Position numbers and translations under genes: made by a program | Assembly: GCA_005792725.1 (NCBI GenBank) | Contig: SXQZ01000202.1 | Span: 1 to 45,262 of the forward strand | DNA from: Actinomycetota bacterium | GTDB lineage: Bacteria; Actinomycetota; Thermoleophilia; Miltoncostaeales; Miltoncostaeaceae | Length of the DNA: 45,262 nucleotides | Reading direction: 5' to 3' | The notes under the pieces: generated by a model | What the model was told of the DNA's origin: nothing | Seen by the model: only the letters and a program-made list of their open reading frames with translations | The model's database searches: none | Shown here: positions 9,918 to 17,756 of the stretch, piece after piece | How positions within the stretch are numbered: the first letter of the stretch is position 1 | Layout: every line of letters starts with the position of its first letter

Positions 9918-9998
9918 GGGTTTGCGCTGGCAGGACTACAGTGGGCCGCCCTCGAACGGGAGCCCCGTGTCCAGCATCGCGCCATATCGGAGGAGCCA

Positions 9999-10454
9999 GT
10001 GGTGACCTGCGCGTCATGCGGGGCCGAGCGCCCGGAGGGCGATCGGTTCTGCGGCGACTGCGGGGCCGGGATGCCCGACGCCGCGCACGCGCTGCAGGCC
10101 ACGGGGCCGCTCGAGGCACCGGTGGACGCGGGCGCCACGCCGCCCAGTGCCATGCCCCGTCTCGGTCCCGCCCTCGCCGTCCGCATGGCCACCGGGCGTA
10201 CCGGCGAGTTCTTCCCGCTGACCCAGCCGGTGACCACGATCGGCCGCTCCCCGGCGTGCGACATCTTTCTCGACGACATCACCGTGTCCCGCGCACACGC
10301 CGAGGTGCGTGTCGGCGCCGCCGGGATCGTGCTGCACGACGCTGCGAGCACGAATGGCACCTACGTCAACCGGCGCCTGCTCGATACCCCCGAGGTCCTG
10401 GCCGACGGCGACGAGGTGCAGGTGGGCAAGTTCCGGCTGGTCTTCATCGCGTGA
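9999..10454 (+). CDS. FHA-domain protein with an N-terminal double-CxxC zinc ribbon
   Basis: CASCGAERPEGDRFCGDCG zinc ribbon, then the FHA core TTIGRSPACDIFLDDITVSRAHAEV...STNGTYVNRRLL...GDEVQVGKFRLVF. GGAGGAG lies upstream; GTG at 9999 or 10002. Confidence 0.85.
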   Translation: MVTCASCGAERPEGDRFCGDCGAGMPDAAHALQATGPLEAPVDAGATPPSAMPRLGPALAVRMATGRTGEFFPLTQPVTTIGRSPACDIFLDDITVSRAHAEVRVGAAGIVLHDAASTNGTYVNRRLLDTPEVLADGDEVQVGKFRLVFIA

Positions 10455-10513
10455 GGGATGCGGGCGTCCAGACCGAGCGGCGGGGCCCGGAGGGTGCGGG
10501 CCACGTCGCGGGC

Positions 10514-11203
10514 ATGACCATCGGTGCGGTGTGCGACGCGCTGCGGCCGGAGTTCCCGGACCTGTCCATCTCGAAGGTCCGCTACCTGGAGGACCGCGAG
10601 CTCGTCAACCCCCGCCGCACGACCGGCGGGTACCGCTTGTACGGCCCCATGGACATCGAGCGCCTGCGCACGATCCTGCGCCTCCAGCGCGATGAGTTCC
10701 TCCCCCTCAAGGTGATCCGCGAGGAACTCGACTCGATGCGCACGGGCGCGGTCGCGGCGCCGAAGGAGTCCCGACGCATCCGCCGTGAGAGGATCGGGAC
10801 GCCCGGGACCTCACGCCGGCACGGGACCGCTGAGGTCATCTCCGCGTCGGGTGCGGACCCCGCGCTGGTGCGCAGCCTCGCCCAGTACGGCCTCATCAGT
10901 GGCACCGACGACCTCACGGACAACGACCTCGAGATGGTCAAGGCCGCGGTCGAGTTGCACGCGTACGGCCTCGAGCCGCGCCATCTGCGCACATTGCGCA
11001 TGTCCGCCGAGCGTGAGGCCGGCCTGCTCGAGCAGGTGCTCTCCACCGGACTGCGATCGACCAACCCCGACCGGCGACGCGACGCGGTGGACTCGCTGGA
11101 GTCGCTTGCGGCCCTGGCCTCCCACGTCCGCCACCTCATCCTCGTACAGGAACTGCGCCGGGTCGTGCCGTCACTTCCCGGGCCCCCCGCGACCGACACG
11201 TGA
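10514..11203 (+). CDS. MerR-family transcriptional regulator (FtsR / Rv1828-like)
   Basis: MTIGAVCDALRPEFPDLSISKVRYLEDRELVNPRRTTGGYRLYGPMDIERLRTILRLQRDEFLPLKVIRE is a MerR-type HTH like the regulator that follows odhI/garA in other actinobacteria. An in-frame GTG at 10451 overlapping the FHA stop is an alternative start. Confidence 0.85.
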   Translation: MTIGAVCDALRPEFPDLSISKVRYLEDRELVNPRRTTGGYRLYGPMDIERLRTILRLQRDEFLPLKVIREELDSMRTGAVAAPKESRRIRRERIGTPGTSRRHGTAEVISASGADPALVRSLAQYGLISGTDDLTDNDLEMVKAAVELHAYGLEPRHLRTLRMSAEREAGLLEQVLSTGLRSTNPDRRRDAVDSLESLAALASHVRHLILVQELRRVVPSLPGPPATDT

Positions 11204-11739
11204 CCTACGACATCAACGCGGCGATCCGCCGCATCCCGCACCACCCCCGCCCGGGCATCCTGTTCTACGACCTCATGCCGCTCTTTGAGGACCCCCGGGG
11301 GCTCGCGGCGTGCGTGGATGGCATCGCCGGGTGGTCCCGCCCGCGCGGGGTGGATGTGGTGCTCGGCGCCGAGGCTCGGGGCTTCATCCTGGGCGGCGCC
11401 ATCGCCCGTGCGCTCGACGTGGGCTTCGTATGCGCACGCAAGCCGGGCAAGTTGCCATATGAGGTCGTGCGCCGTGAGTACGACCTGGAGTACGGCACGG
11501 ACATCCTCGAGATCCACCGCGACGCGATCCGGCCGGGCCAGCGCGTGCTCGTGCACGACGACCTCCTGGCGACCGGGGGCACGGCGGCGGCCAAGTGCGC
11601 GCTGGTGGAGGATCTGGGAGGGGTGGTCGCCGGCATTGCATTCGTGGTGGAGCTCACGTTCCTCCCCGGCCGCGAGCGGCTCGCGGGGTATGAGGTGATG
11701 GCGCTCGTCGGCTACGGCACGGAGGCCGTCGGGGAATAG
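11200..11739 (+). CDS. apt: Adenine phosphoribosyltransferase
   Basis: FYDLMPLFEDP, VLGAEARGFILGGAIA and the PRPP motif VLVHDDLLATGGTAAA. The GTG at 11200 overlaps the MerR stop (GTGA). Confidence 0.93.
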   Translation: MTYDINAAIRRIPHHPRPGILFYDLMPLFEDPRGLAACVDGIAGWSRPRGVDVVLGAEARGFILGGAIARALDVGFVCARKPGKLPYEVVRREYDLEYGTDILEIHRDAIRPGQRVLVHDDLLATGGTAAAKCALVEDLGGVVAGIAFVVELTFLPGRERLAGYEVMALVGYGTEAVGE

Positions 11740-13202
11740 GTGCGCTCCAGGTGCGCCAGGAAGGGATCGGGCGTCAGGTCACGGCCCGTGGCGTGACGCA
11801 TCAGGTCCGGCGTCTCCATCAGCCGCCCGTGCCGGTGCACGCGCTCGCGGAGGAACCCGAGGAGGGGCGCGGGGCCCTCCTCGGCCAGCACGGCCCCGAC
11901 CGGCCCGACCGCGCCCTCGAGGGCGTCGGCGAGCATGGCGGCGTACAGGTTGCCCAGGGTGTAGGTGGGGAAGTAGCCGACGATGCCGGCGGCCCAGTGA
12001 ACATCCTGCATCGCCCCCTCAGCGGGCGCCGACGGCCGGATGCCCAGCAACTCATCCATGCCGTCATCGAACGCCTGCGGCAGGTCTGCGACGTCGAGGT
12101 CGCCGAGGACCATCGCGCGTTCGAGGCGCGTCCGCAGCACGATGTGCAGGTCGTATGTGACCTCATCGCTCTCGACCCGGGTGGGGCGGCGCTCCACGCG
12201 ATTGAGTGCCCTCACGTAGTCATCGGCGGACAGGTCGGCCGCGACGCCGGGGAAGGCACGCGCCATCGCGGGGTGCAGGCGGTCCCAGAAAGCGGGCGAA
12301 CGGCCGACATGGTTCTCCCAGAAGCGGGACTGGCTCTCGTGGGCGCCCAGCGACGGGGCGTCGCCTGCCATCGTGCGCCGCCGGGGCACAGGCACGCCCT
12401 GGTCGTAGAGGGCGTGGCCCCCCTCGTGCAGGGCGGCCATGATGCACGACAGCGGGTCCGCCGGGTCCACCCGGGTCGAGAGCCGGGTGTCGCCCGCGCC
12501 GAGGCCCATCGTGACCGGATGCGCAGTACGTCCGACAAGGCCGCACTGCTCGTCGAAGCCCATGTCACGGATCACGTACCGCGCCAGGTCCATCTGCGCG
12601 GCGTCATCCCATGGACCGGCGGGGAGTGGGGGACCCCCGGCCCCGGCCAGGGCGTCCACGAGGGGCCTGACGCGCTGCGCGAGTGATTCGAGTACGGGTG
12701 CGAGCATCGCGTGGGTCGTGCCGGGTTCGTAGAGGTCGATGAGGGCGTCGTACGCGTCACCTCCGTCCGCCAGGGCCTGGCCGTGGTCCCGGGTGAGGGC
12801 CATGAGCGGCGTAAGGGCCCCGAGCCAGGCCGGGACGTCCCCCGTGGTCCGGGCGGCGCTCCAGACCGCGACCCCGCGCGATTGGGCTTCGGTGAGGGCG
12901 CGCACGAGGGTCTCGGGGACCCGGGCGGCCCGTCGCCGCTCACGGATGGCAATGCGGGCGCTCGCCGCCCGCCACGGGTCCTCTGCGTCGCACAGGGCGT
13001 CGAGCGGCTCGCCCACCGACGGGTCGAGGAGGTGCGCATGCCGGAGGCCCGCGAGGGTGGCCAGCTGCGACGCGCGGGCCTCGGCGGCCCCGGGGGGCAT
13101 GATGGTCTCACGATCCCATTCCAGGACCGCGGCGGCGCCGTCGAGGTCCGCCAGCGTTCCCATCCAGGCCGTGGCCTGTCCCCATGCGCGCTCCGGTTCC
13201 AT
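11712..13202 (-). CDS. M32 carboxypeptidase (thermostable carboxypeptidase Taq family)
   Basis: HEGGHALYDQG (HExxH), HESQSRFWEN and RVESDEVTYDLHI blocks are typical of M32. The 3' end overlaps the convergent apt by 28 nt. Confidence 0.9.
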   Translation of the reverse strand: MEPERAWGQATAWMGTLADLDGAAAVLEWDRETIMPPGAAEARASQLATLAGLRHAHLLDPSVGEPLDALCDAEDPWRAASARIAIRERRRAARVPETLVRALTEAQSRGVAVWSAARTTGDVPAWLGALTPLMALTRDHGQALADGGDAYDALIDLYEPGTTHAMLAPVLESLAQRVRPLVDALAGAGGPPLPAGPWDDAAQMDLARYVIRDMGFDEQCGLVGRTAHPVTMGLGAGDTRLSTRVDPADPLSCIMAALHEGGHALYDQGVPVPRRRTMAGDAPSLGAHESQSRFWENHVGRSPAFWDRLHPAMARAFPGVAADLSADDYVRALNRVERRPTRVESDEVTYDLHIVLRTRLERAMVLGDLDVADLPQAFDDGMDELLGIRPSAPAEGAMQDVHWAAGIVGYFPTYTLGNLYAAMLADALEGAVGPVGAVLAEEGPAPLLGFLRERVHRHGRLMETPDLMRHATGRDLTPDPFLAHLERTYSPTASVP

Positions 13203-13289
13203 GCCGCCACGCTACCCCCGGTGCGTATCCTCGGGACGGTGAGCGGACGCCCGGGAGTCATCACGTGGTGGGAGGACCTGCATGTAGGC

Positions 13290-13484
13290 GTGCAGGTGGC
13301 TGCGTGCTTCGCGGCCGCGGTGCTCCTGCTCTGGGCCGGGCACGTGCTCCTGCTCAACCAGCCCCTCGGCCGGGGGTTCCTCTACGCCATCTTCTGGGCT
13401 GCGCCCGTGACCGTCATCGTCGTCGGGGCGACCCGGTCCGAGCGCGCGCGGCGGCTCCGCGCCGAGGGGCAGGACCCCTCGTGA
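13290..13484 (+). CDS. Possible small two-TM membrane protein
   Basis: The ORF tail reads VQVAACFAAAVLLLWAGHVLLLNQPLGRGFLYAIFWAAPVTVIVVGATRSERARRLR, two hydrophobic helices then a basic tail. There is no family match and no clear RBS. The start is uncertain (GTG at 13239, 13290 or 13296). Confidence 0.3.
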   Translation: MQVAACFAAAVLLLWAGHVLLLNQPLGRGFLYAIFWAAPVTVIVVGATRSERARRLRAEGQDPS

Positions 13485-13530
13485 GGCGCATAGACTCGAT
13501 GCGTCGCCAACGACGGCTGGAGGAACCCGC

Positions 13531-14031
13531 ATGACGCCCGATGACGCCGTTCAGGGTGCGCTCTGCACCCACATGGGCCGCGAGTTCGCGGCGCACTTCC
13601 AGTACCTCGCGATGTCCGCGTGGCTCGAGGATGAGGGACTGCCCGAGTTGGCCGGGTTCTTCGCGCGTCAGGCGGCCGAGGAGCACATGCACGGCATGAA
13701 GTTCTTCCGGTACCTCGTGGATACCGGGCGGGCCATGCACCTCCCGGCGCTCGATGCGCCTGCGTCCGGGTTCGCGTCGGTCGAGTCGCTGGTGGCCGCG
13801 GCGCTCGCGCAGGAGCAGCAGGTCACTCAATGGATTGGCGAGCTCGTGCACCTCGCGCGCGAGCACCGGGATCTGGCCACCGAGGCCTTCCTGCAGTGGT
13901 TCGTGACGGAGCAGGTCGAGGAAGTCGCCACGATGCATGAGCTGCTGCAGGTCGTGCGCCATGCGGGCCCGAGTCTGCTGCTGGTGGAGGACTACGTCGC
14001 GCGTCGGCGCCCGGGCACCCCGGCGGCGTAG
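13531..14031 (+). CDS. Ferritin (non-heme, ferritin-like di-iron protein)
   Basis: EFAAHFQYLAMSAWLEDEGLPELAGFFARQAAEEHMHGMKFFRYL and QEQQVT...FLQWFVTEQVEE are ferroxidase-centre helices. GGAGGA lies 7 nt upstream of the ATG. Confidence 0.9.
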   Translation: MTPDDAVQGALCTHMGREFAAHFQYLAMSAWLEDEGLPELAGFFARQAAEEHMHGMKFFRYLVDTGRAMHLPALDAPASGFASVESLVAAALAQEQQVTQWIGELVHLAREHRDLATEAFLQWFVTEQVEEVATMHELLQVVRHAGPSLLLVEDYVARRRPGTPAA

Positions 14032-14093
14032 GGGGCGGGGCAGGCCGGAACGCGGCACCGTGACCCGTGGCACGGCCCCGCCCCGAACGCGTG

Positions 14094-14129
14094 CACCCGG
14101 CCCCGGCGGCGCGCCGCCGGGGCCGGGTG
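14094..14129. terminator. Perfect 36-nt GC palindrome between convergent genes; candidate bidirectional terminator
   Basis: cacccggccccggcggcgcgccgccggggccgggtg equals its own reverse complement (checked by hand). It lies between the ferritin stop (14031) and the sepF-like stop (14140). No U-tract. A second 10-bp stem, ggggcggggc(14032-41)/gccccgcccc(14075-84), lies just upstream. Confidence 0.5.
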
Positions 14130-14139
14130 GCACACGGGG

Positions 14140-14493
14140 TCAGGCCGACAAGCTCCCGAACAGCGGGGTGACCTCCGCGTCCATCGCGTCGTAGTACGAA
14201 TCGCGCCGGTGGGTGCTGTTACCCGGGGACGCCTCGCCACGCGAGACGCTGACCTCGCGAGGGGCGATGAGCAGAATCCCCTGGGCCACATCGGTGACGG
14301 AGCCGTCGAGCGCCGCGGTGAGGCCACCGCAGAAGTCACGCAGGCGCTCCTCGAGTTCGTGGTCGGTCGCACGCATGTCGAGGAAGACCGAGGAGCCGCC
14401 CTTCACACGGTCGGCGATGTCCTGCGCGTCGTTGAACGTGAGCGGGTTGAGCATGTGGACCCGCACAGGGGCGGGAAGTGCGTGGACAGGCAT
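14140..14493 (-). CDS. sepF: SepF-like cell division protein (DUF552 core only)
   Basis: LNPLTFNDAQDIADRVKGGSSVFLDMRATDHELEERLRDFCGGLTAALDGSVTDVAQGILLIAPREVSVS aligns with the SepF core: F-DAQ-IAD, R--DF--G, P--V-VS. GGAGGG lies upstream of the ATG at 14493. Confidence 0.8.
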   Translation of the reverse strand: MPVHALPAPVRVHMLNPLTFNDAQDIADRVKGGSSVFLDMRATDHELEERLRDFCGGLTAALDGSVTDVAQGILLIAPREVSVSRGEASPGNSTHRRDSYYDAMDAEVTPLFGSLSA

Positions 14494-14547
14494 GGTCCCT
14501 CCGGATAGTGGTGCCGGATACGGACTTCGCCGCCGGGGGCCCCGCTC

Positions 14548-14976
14548 CTACCCGCTGGCACCCGGGGGATGCACGAGCAGGACCGGGCATGGCGCGTGGT
14601 ACGCCAAGTGCTGGGCAAAGCTTCCGAGCATCAGGTGCTCCAGGCGCCCGCGGTGACGCACCGCGACCAGGAGATCCACGCCGGCCCCACGCGCCCACTC
14701 CTCGACCGCCGCGGGCGGGTGCCCCTCGAGGAGCACGCCCTCCGATCCGGGGGCCAGGGCGACCATTTCGCGCATCCACGATCGGGCATCGAGGCTGCCG
14801 TCCCCCCGGGTGTCACCCGCGTACCCCGTGTAGACCTCGGCGCCCGGCTCCATCACATGCAGGAGCGTGAGTCCTCCGGCGCCGAGTGATCGCATCCGGA
14901 TCGCCGCCGCCAGAGCGGCGTCCCCGGCGGGCGAGGCGTCCAGGCAGCACGCGATGTGCGCATAGGCATCGGCCAT
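14548..14976 (-). CDS. Universal stress protein (UspA family)
   Basis: MADAYAHIACCLDAS...LTLLHVMEP...VDLLVAVRHRGRLEHLMLGSFAQHLAYHAPCPVLLVHP is a typical Usp fold with the G-x2-G-x9-GS-type C-terminal motif. Start placed at the ATG at 14976, 10 nt after the upstream gene stop. Confidence 0.85.
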   Translation of the reverse strand: MADAYAHIACCLDASPAGDAALAAAIRMRSLGAGGLTLLHVMEPGAEVYTGYAGDTRGDGSLDARSWMREMVALAPGSEGVLLEGHPPAAVEEWARGAGVDLLVAVRHRGRLEHLMLGSFAQHLAYHAPCPVLLVHPPGASG

Positions 14977-14986
14977 GGTCGGCAGG

Positions 14987-15934
14987 CTAAGGCATCCCGG
15001 CCGGCGGCGCCGCGATCGAGGCCGCGATGCGCACGGCATCGGCGGCGGGGTCCGCCGTGCCACTCACCTGCACGCCGAAGGCCCGGTCGGCGCGCTCCCA
15101 CACCAGGAACGCGATCCCACGGGCGCGCAGCACCCCCCGCACCCCCGCGATGTCCACCTCAGTGCCGCGTGCGTCGGGCAGTTCGGGAACCGCGAGCGGC
15201 CCGGGGCACTGGCGCAGCAGCACGCGGGATCGCGAACCCGCGCGGGTCCAGTCGACCGCGATGGATGGGGGGGCGAATGGATACGCGACGTCGGGCTCCA
15301 CCCGCACCGTGGTCAGGGCGAGGCCGTCGGGCAGCCAGGACGGAAGCCGTGCCGGGTACCCGGCTTCGAGCTCCGCGAGACCAATGCCGGCGACGGTATC
15401 GCCCGCCCCGAACCCGGCGGCCATTCCGTGACTGGCCCCCATCCGGCCCTCCCGCCGACCGGCGACGAGTGAGATGTCGTTGACCCCCGGCCGGATGAGG
15501 CGCCCGACGGACTCGCCACCGGGAACGAGGGCGTCGAGTGCCACCAGAACGGTGCCACGCGGGAGCCGCCCGGCGAGGAGTCCGTTGCCGTGCACCGCGA
15601 TCGGGACCGCGTCGGGGGCGGCCACGACGGCCCGGACCTCGACCACGCCGGGCGCGACCCGCCCCAGAAGGATCTGGTCGGACACGCCGTCGGCCGAGAC
15701 GGTGCACAGGGTCGCCGTGATGGGGCGGACGGCGCTCGGGACCCCGGGGGGGCATGCGATCCGCGCGACCACCTGCCGCTCCGGGGCGACCCACGCCGCG
15801 CGCACCTGAGGCGGAGCCCCAGTGCGTGAGACGGCGACGAGAGCCGATCCGCCGGGGGCAGACGGCAGAACGACCTCGACCGGGTGTCCCAGCGCCCGCT
15901 CGCAATCGGGGTGGCCAGACGGCAGGTGATCCAT
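14987..15934 (-). CDS. Hypothetical protein (315 aa); C-terminal third may resemble DUF4367
   Basis: Balanced, protein-like composition, unlike the Arg-rich overlapping frames. The C-terminal LPSWLPDGLALTTVRVE...GTEVDIAGVRGVL...LVWERADRAFGVQVSG...DAVRIAASI recalls, from memory only, the DUF4367 domain of anti-sigma-associated proteins. No TM segment or signal peptide seen. Confidence 0.55.
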   Translation of the reverse strand: MDHLPSGHPDCERALGHPVEVVLPSAPGGSALVAVSRTGAPPQVRAAWVAPERQVVARIACPPGVPSAVRPITATLCTVSADGVSDQILLGRVAPGVVEVRAVVAAPDAVPIAVHGNGLLAGRLPRGTVLVALDALVPGGESVGRLIRPGVNDISLVAGRREGRMGASHGMAAGFGAGDTVAGIGLAELEAGYPARLPSWLPDGLALTTVRVEPDVAYPFAPPSIAVDWTRAGSRSRVLLRQCPGPLAVPELPDARGTEVDIAGVRGVLRARGIAFLVWERADRAFGVQVSGTADPAADAVRIAASIAAPPAGMP

Positions 15935-15975
15935 GGGGCAACGCTAGACGCCCGGTGGCCGGTACAGTGCTGCGC

Positions 15976-16410
15976 ATGAGCGATGACCCCCTGCGCATCG
16001 CGCTCGTGGCGCCCGACATCATCCTCATGCAGCGCCCCGAGTCACCGGCGCTCGTGCATGGTCGCGTGGATGCCGCCGCCCATCCCGGGCTCGCGCCGCT
16101 GTGGGACGACGAGGATGGGCCCAAGGGATCGGCCCGCGTGGAGCGGCGTGGGGGGGAGGTCGTGTGCGTCGCGTCGCTCACCGCGCCGGTCGAGATGGTC
16201 ATCGAGGTGGTCCTCGGCCTTCCGGACGACCGGGCGGCCGGGCTCGAACGGCGCCCGTCAGCGATGGTGATGGTCTACCCCGATGATGAGTGCCGTGCGG
16301 CCGGGCTTGCGGACTTCCGGACCGGTGGCGTGAGGGGCGACTGGGTCCGGCTCGGGATCATCCTTCCCAGCGCCACCACCGAGCCACTGAAGGACTCCGG
16401 GGTCCGATAG
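15976..16410 (+). CDS. Hypothetical protein (144 aa)
   Basis: The ATG at 15976 lies 41 nt from the divergent gene start. Acidic, protein-like sequence MSDDPLRIALVAPDIILMQRPE... with no family recognised. A strong hairpin follows the stop. Confidence 0.5.
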   Translation: MSDDPLRIALVAPDIILMQRPESPALVHGRVDAAAHPGLAPLWDDEDGPKGSARVERRGGEVVCVASLTAPVEMVIEVVLGLPDDRAAGLERRPSAMVMVYPDDECRAAGLADFRTGGVRGDWVRLGIILPSATTEPLKDSGVR

Positions 16411-16422
16411 GACCCAGGGTTC

Positions 16423-16454
16423 GATGCACGTCGGCGTGTTCGCCGCCGTGCATC
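16423..16454 (+). terminator. Stem-loop 13 nt after the stop of the 15976-16410 CDS
   Basis: gatgcacgtcggcg-tgtt-cgccgccgtgcatc forms a 14-bp stem with one mismatch and a 4-nt loop. No U-tract, as is common in high-GC actinobacteria. Confidence 0.45.
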
Positions 16455-16598
16455 GCCGCACCGCCGGACCCATGAGGGGTCGGGCGGGCCACCCCGGAGG
16501 GGGACGCCCGGGGCCGATCCGTCGTCCCCGCGGGTAAGGCGCGGCGCGCTCACACACGACTCCAGGGCAGTGACGTCGGACGACGGGTGGAGGATGCG

Positions 16599-17348
16599 AT
16601 GGGACGACGGGGCGATGGCACACGACGACGGTTGCGCGGCGGTGCGGCTGCGGCACTGCTGGTAGGGGCCGGCGCCCTGACCGGGGTGAGCGCGGGTTGC
16701 AGTGGCTCAACCTCGGATGCGGTGACGGTCACCGAAACGGTTGCGGCCGCCGACGCGACGGACGTCCCGACCACCGAGGCGTCCGCGGCGGAATCGGACG
16801 CCGCCCCGGCCCCCCAACGTCTGCGCGGCTCCGGGATGCGGGTGGTGTCGATGAAGGTGGCGTCACCAACTCCGGTGGTGGTGGCGGGCACCCACACCGG
16901 CAGTTCCAACTTCATCGTCGAGGTTCTGGGGGAGGGCAGCGACATCACCTTCAACGAGATCGGCGCATTCACGGGGTCAACGCTCATCACGGGCCTGTCC
17001 ATCGGCACCCACCGGGTCACGGTCGACGCCGATGGCGCCTGGACGCTCACCGTCACCCAGCCAACGCCACCGGATGACGCCACGGGCCTTCCGGGCTCCA
17101 TCACCGGCAAGGGGCAGGCGGTGGTGTGGGTTCGTGCCGACGAGTCGATCGCACCGATCATCACCGGCACGCACAAGGGCGAGTCCAACTTCATAGTTGA
17201 CATCGTCTCCGCCGACGGTTCGGGTGCGGGGAACCTGTTCAACGAGATCGGGCCCTTCACGGGTGAGACCACCACCGGGATCCCGGCTGGGGCCTATCTC
17301 ATCGAGATCATCGCTGACGGCTCCTGGTCCGTACGGTTCGCCCGATGA
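16599..17348 (+). CDS. Putative Tat/lipoprotein-type secreted protein with an internally duplicated ~85-aa domain
   Basis: N-terminus MGRRGDGTRRRLRGGAAAALLVGAGALTGVSAGC has a twin-Arg-like signal and a lipobox-like Cys. Two repeats share TGTH-G-SNFIV...FNEIG-FTG-T--G...DG-W. GGAGGA lies 4 nt upstream of the ATG at 16599. Confidence 0.7.
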   Translation: MGRRGDGTRRRLRGGAAAALLVGAGALTGVSAGCSGSTSDAVTVTETVAAADATDVPTTEASAAESDAAPAPQRLRGSGMRVVSMKVASPTPVVVAGTHTGSSNFIVEVLGEGSDITFNEIGAFTGSTLITGLSIGTHRVTVDADGAWTLTVTQPTPPDDATGLPGSITGKGQAVVWVRADESIAPIITGTHKGESNFIVDIVSADGSGAGNLFNEIGPFTGETTTGIPAGAYLIEIIADGSWSVRFAR

Positions 17349-17626
17349 GTACCGGGAAGCAGGGAAACGGGCTGGCTACGGCGGGGTTTGTGGTGTCCCT
17401 TGTCGGCGCGGTGCTGGGCGCGGTGCTTCCCATCCTGCTGTACGCCGTCACCCTCCTCCTTGGCGTGGTGGGGCTGGTGCTCTCGGGGGTCGGACTCGCC
17501 CGGGTCGGCGCCGGGGTGAGGTCGGGGAAAGGGTTGGCAATCGCAGGGATCGTTCTCGGCGTCATCGCATTGGGGCTGGGGATCATCGGTGCGGCGACCC
17601 TCAATGACGTCGTGTCAGGCCTCTAG
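17345..17626 (+). CDS. DUF4190-like small integral membrane protein
   Basis: NGLATAGFVVSLVGAVLG...GKGLAIAGIVLGVIALGLGIIG shows the two glycine-rich TM hairpins typical of DUF4190. The ATG overlaps the upstream stop (ATGA), implying translational coupling. Confidence 0.7.
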   Translation: MSTGKQGNGLATAGFVVSLVGAVLGAVLPILLYAVTLLLGVVGLVLSGVGLARVGAGVRSGKGLAIAGIVLGVIALGLGIIGAATLNDVVSGL

Positions 17627-17756
17627 TCCGGGGCGATGACGGTGGCCGGGATCACCAGCGCCAGGGCGTCGTGGTCGGCGATGGGCCGAACGGCCCGACG
17701 CGCCCACCCATGCTCCGGCGACGGTCGCGCGGATCCGGCCCCGCGCCGGGGGTTGC

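Noticed and set aside
9812-10513. Upstream 234 codons of the MerR ORF
   Set aside because: It overlaps the FHA gene in another frame and is extremely Arg/Gly/Ala-rich. The MerR HTH begins right after the ATG at 10514.
13485-13530. Looked for an IdeR/Fur-type iron box upstream of the ferritin gene
   Set aside because: Only a weak, imperfect inverted repeat (gcgcatagactcgatgcgt) is present. Nothing resembles the TTAGGTTAGGCTAACCTAA-type IdeR consensus, so no regulatory site is claimed.
15159-16202. 347-aa minus-strand ORF overlapping both hypothetical genes at 15-16 kb
   Set aside because: It is about one-fifth arginine with long Pro/Gly/Arg runs. It overlaps the more protein-like frames at 14987-15934 (minus) and 15976-16410 (plus). 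It was judged a shadow frame.
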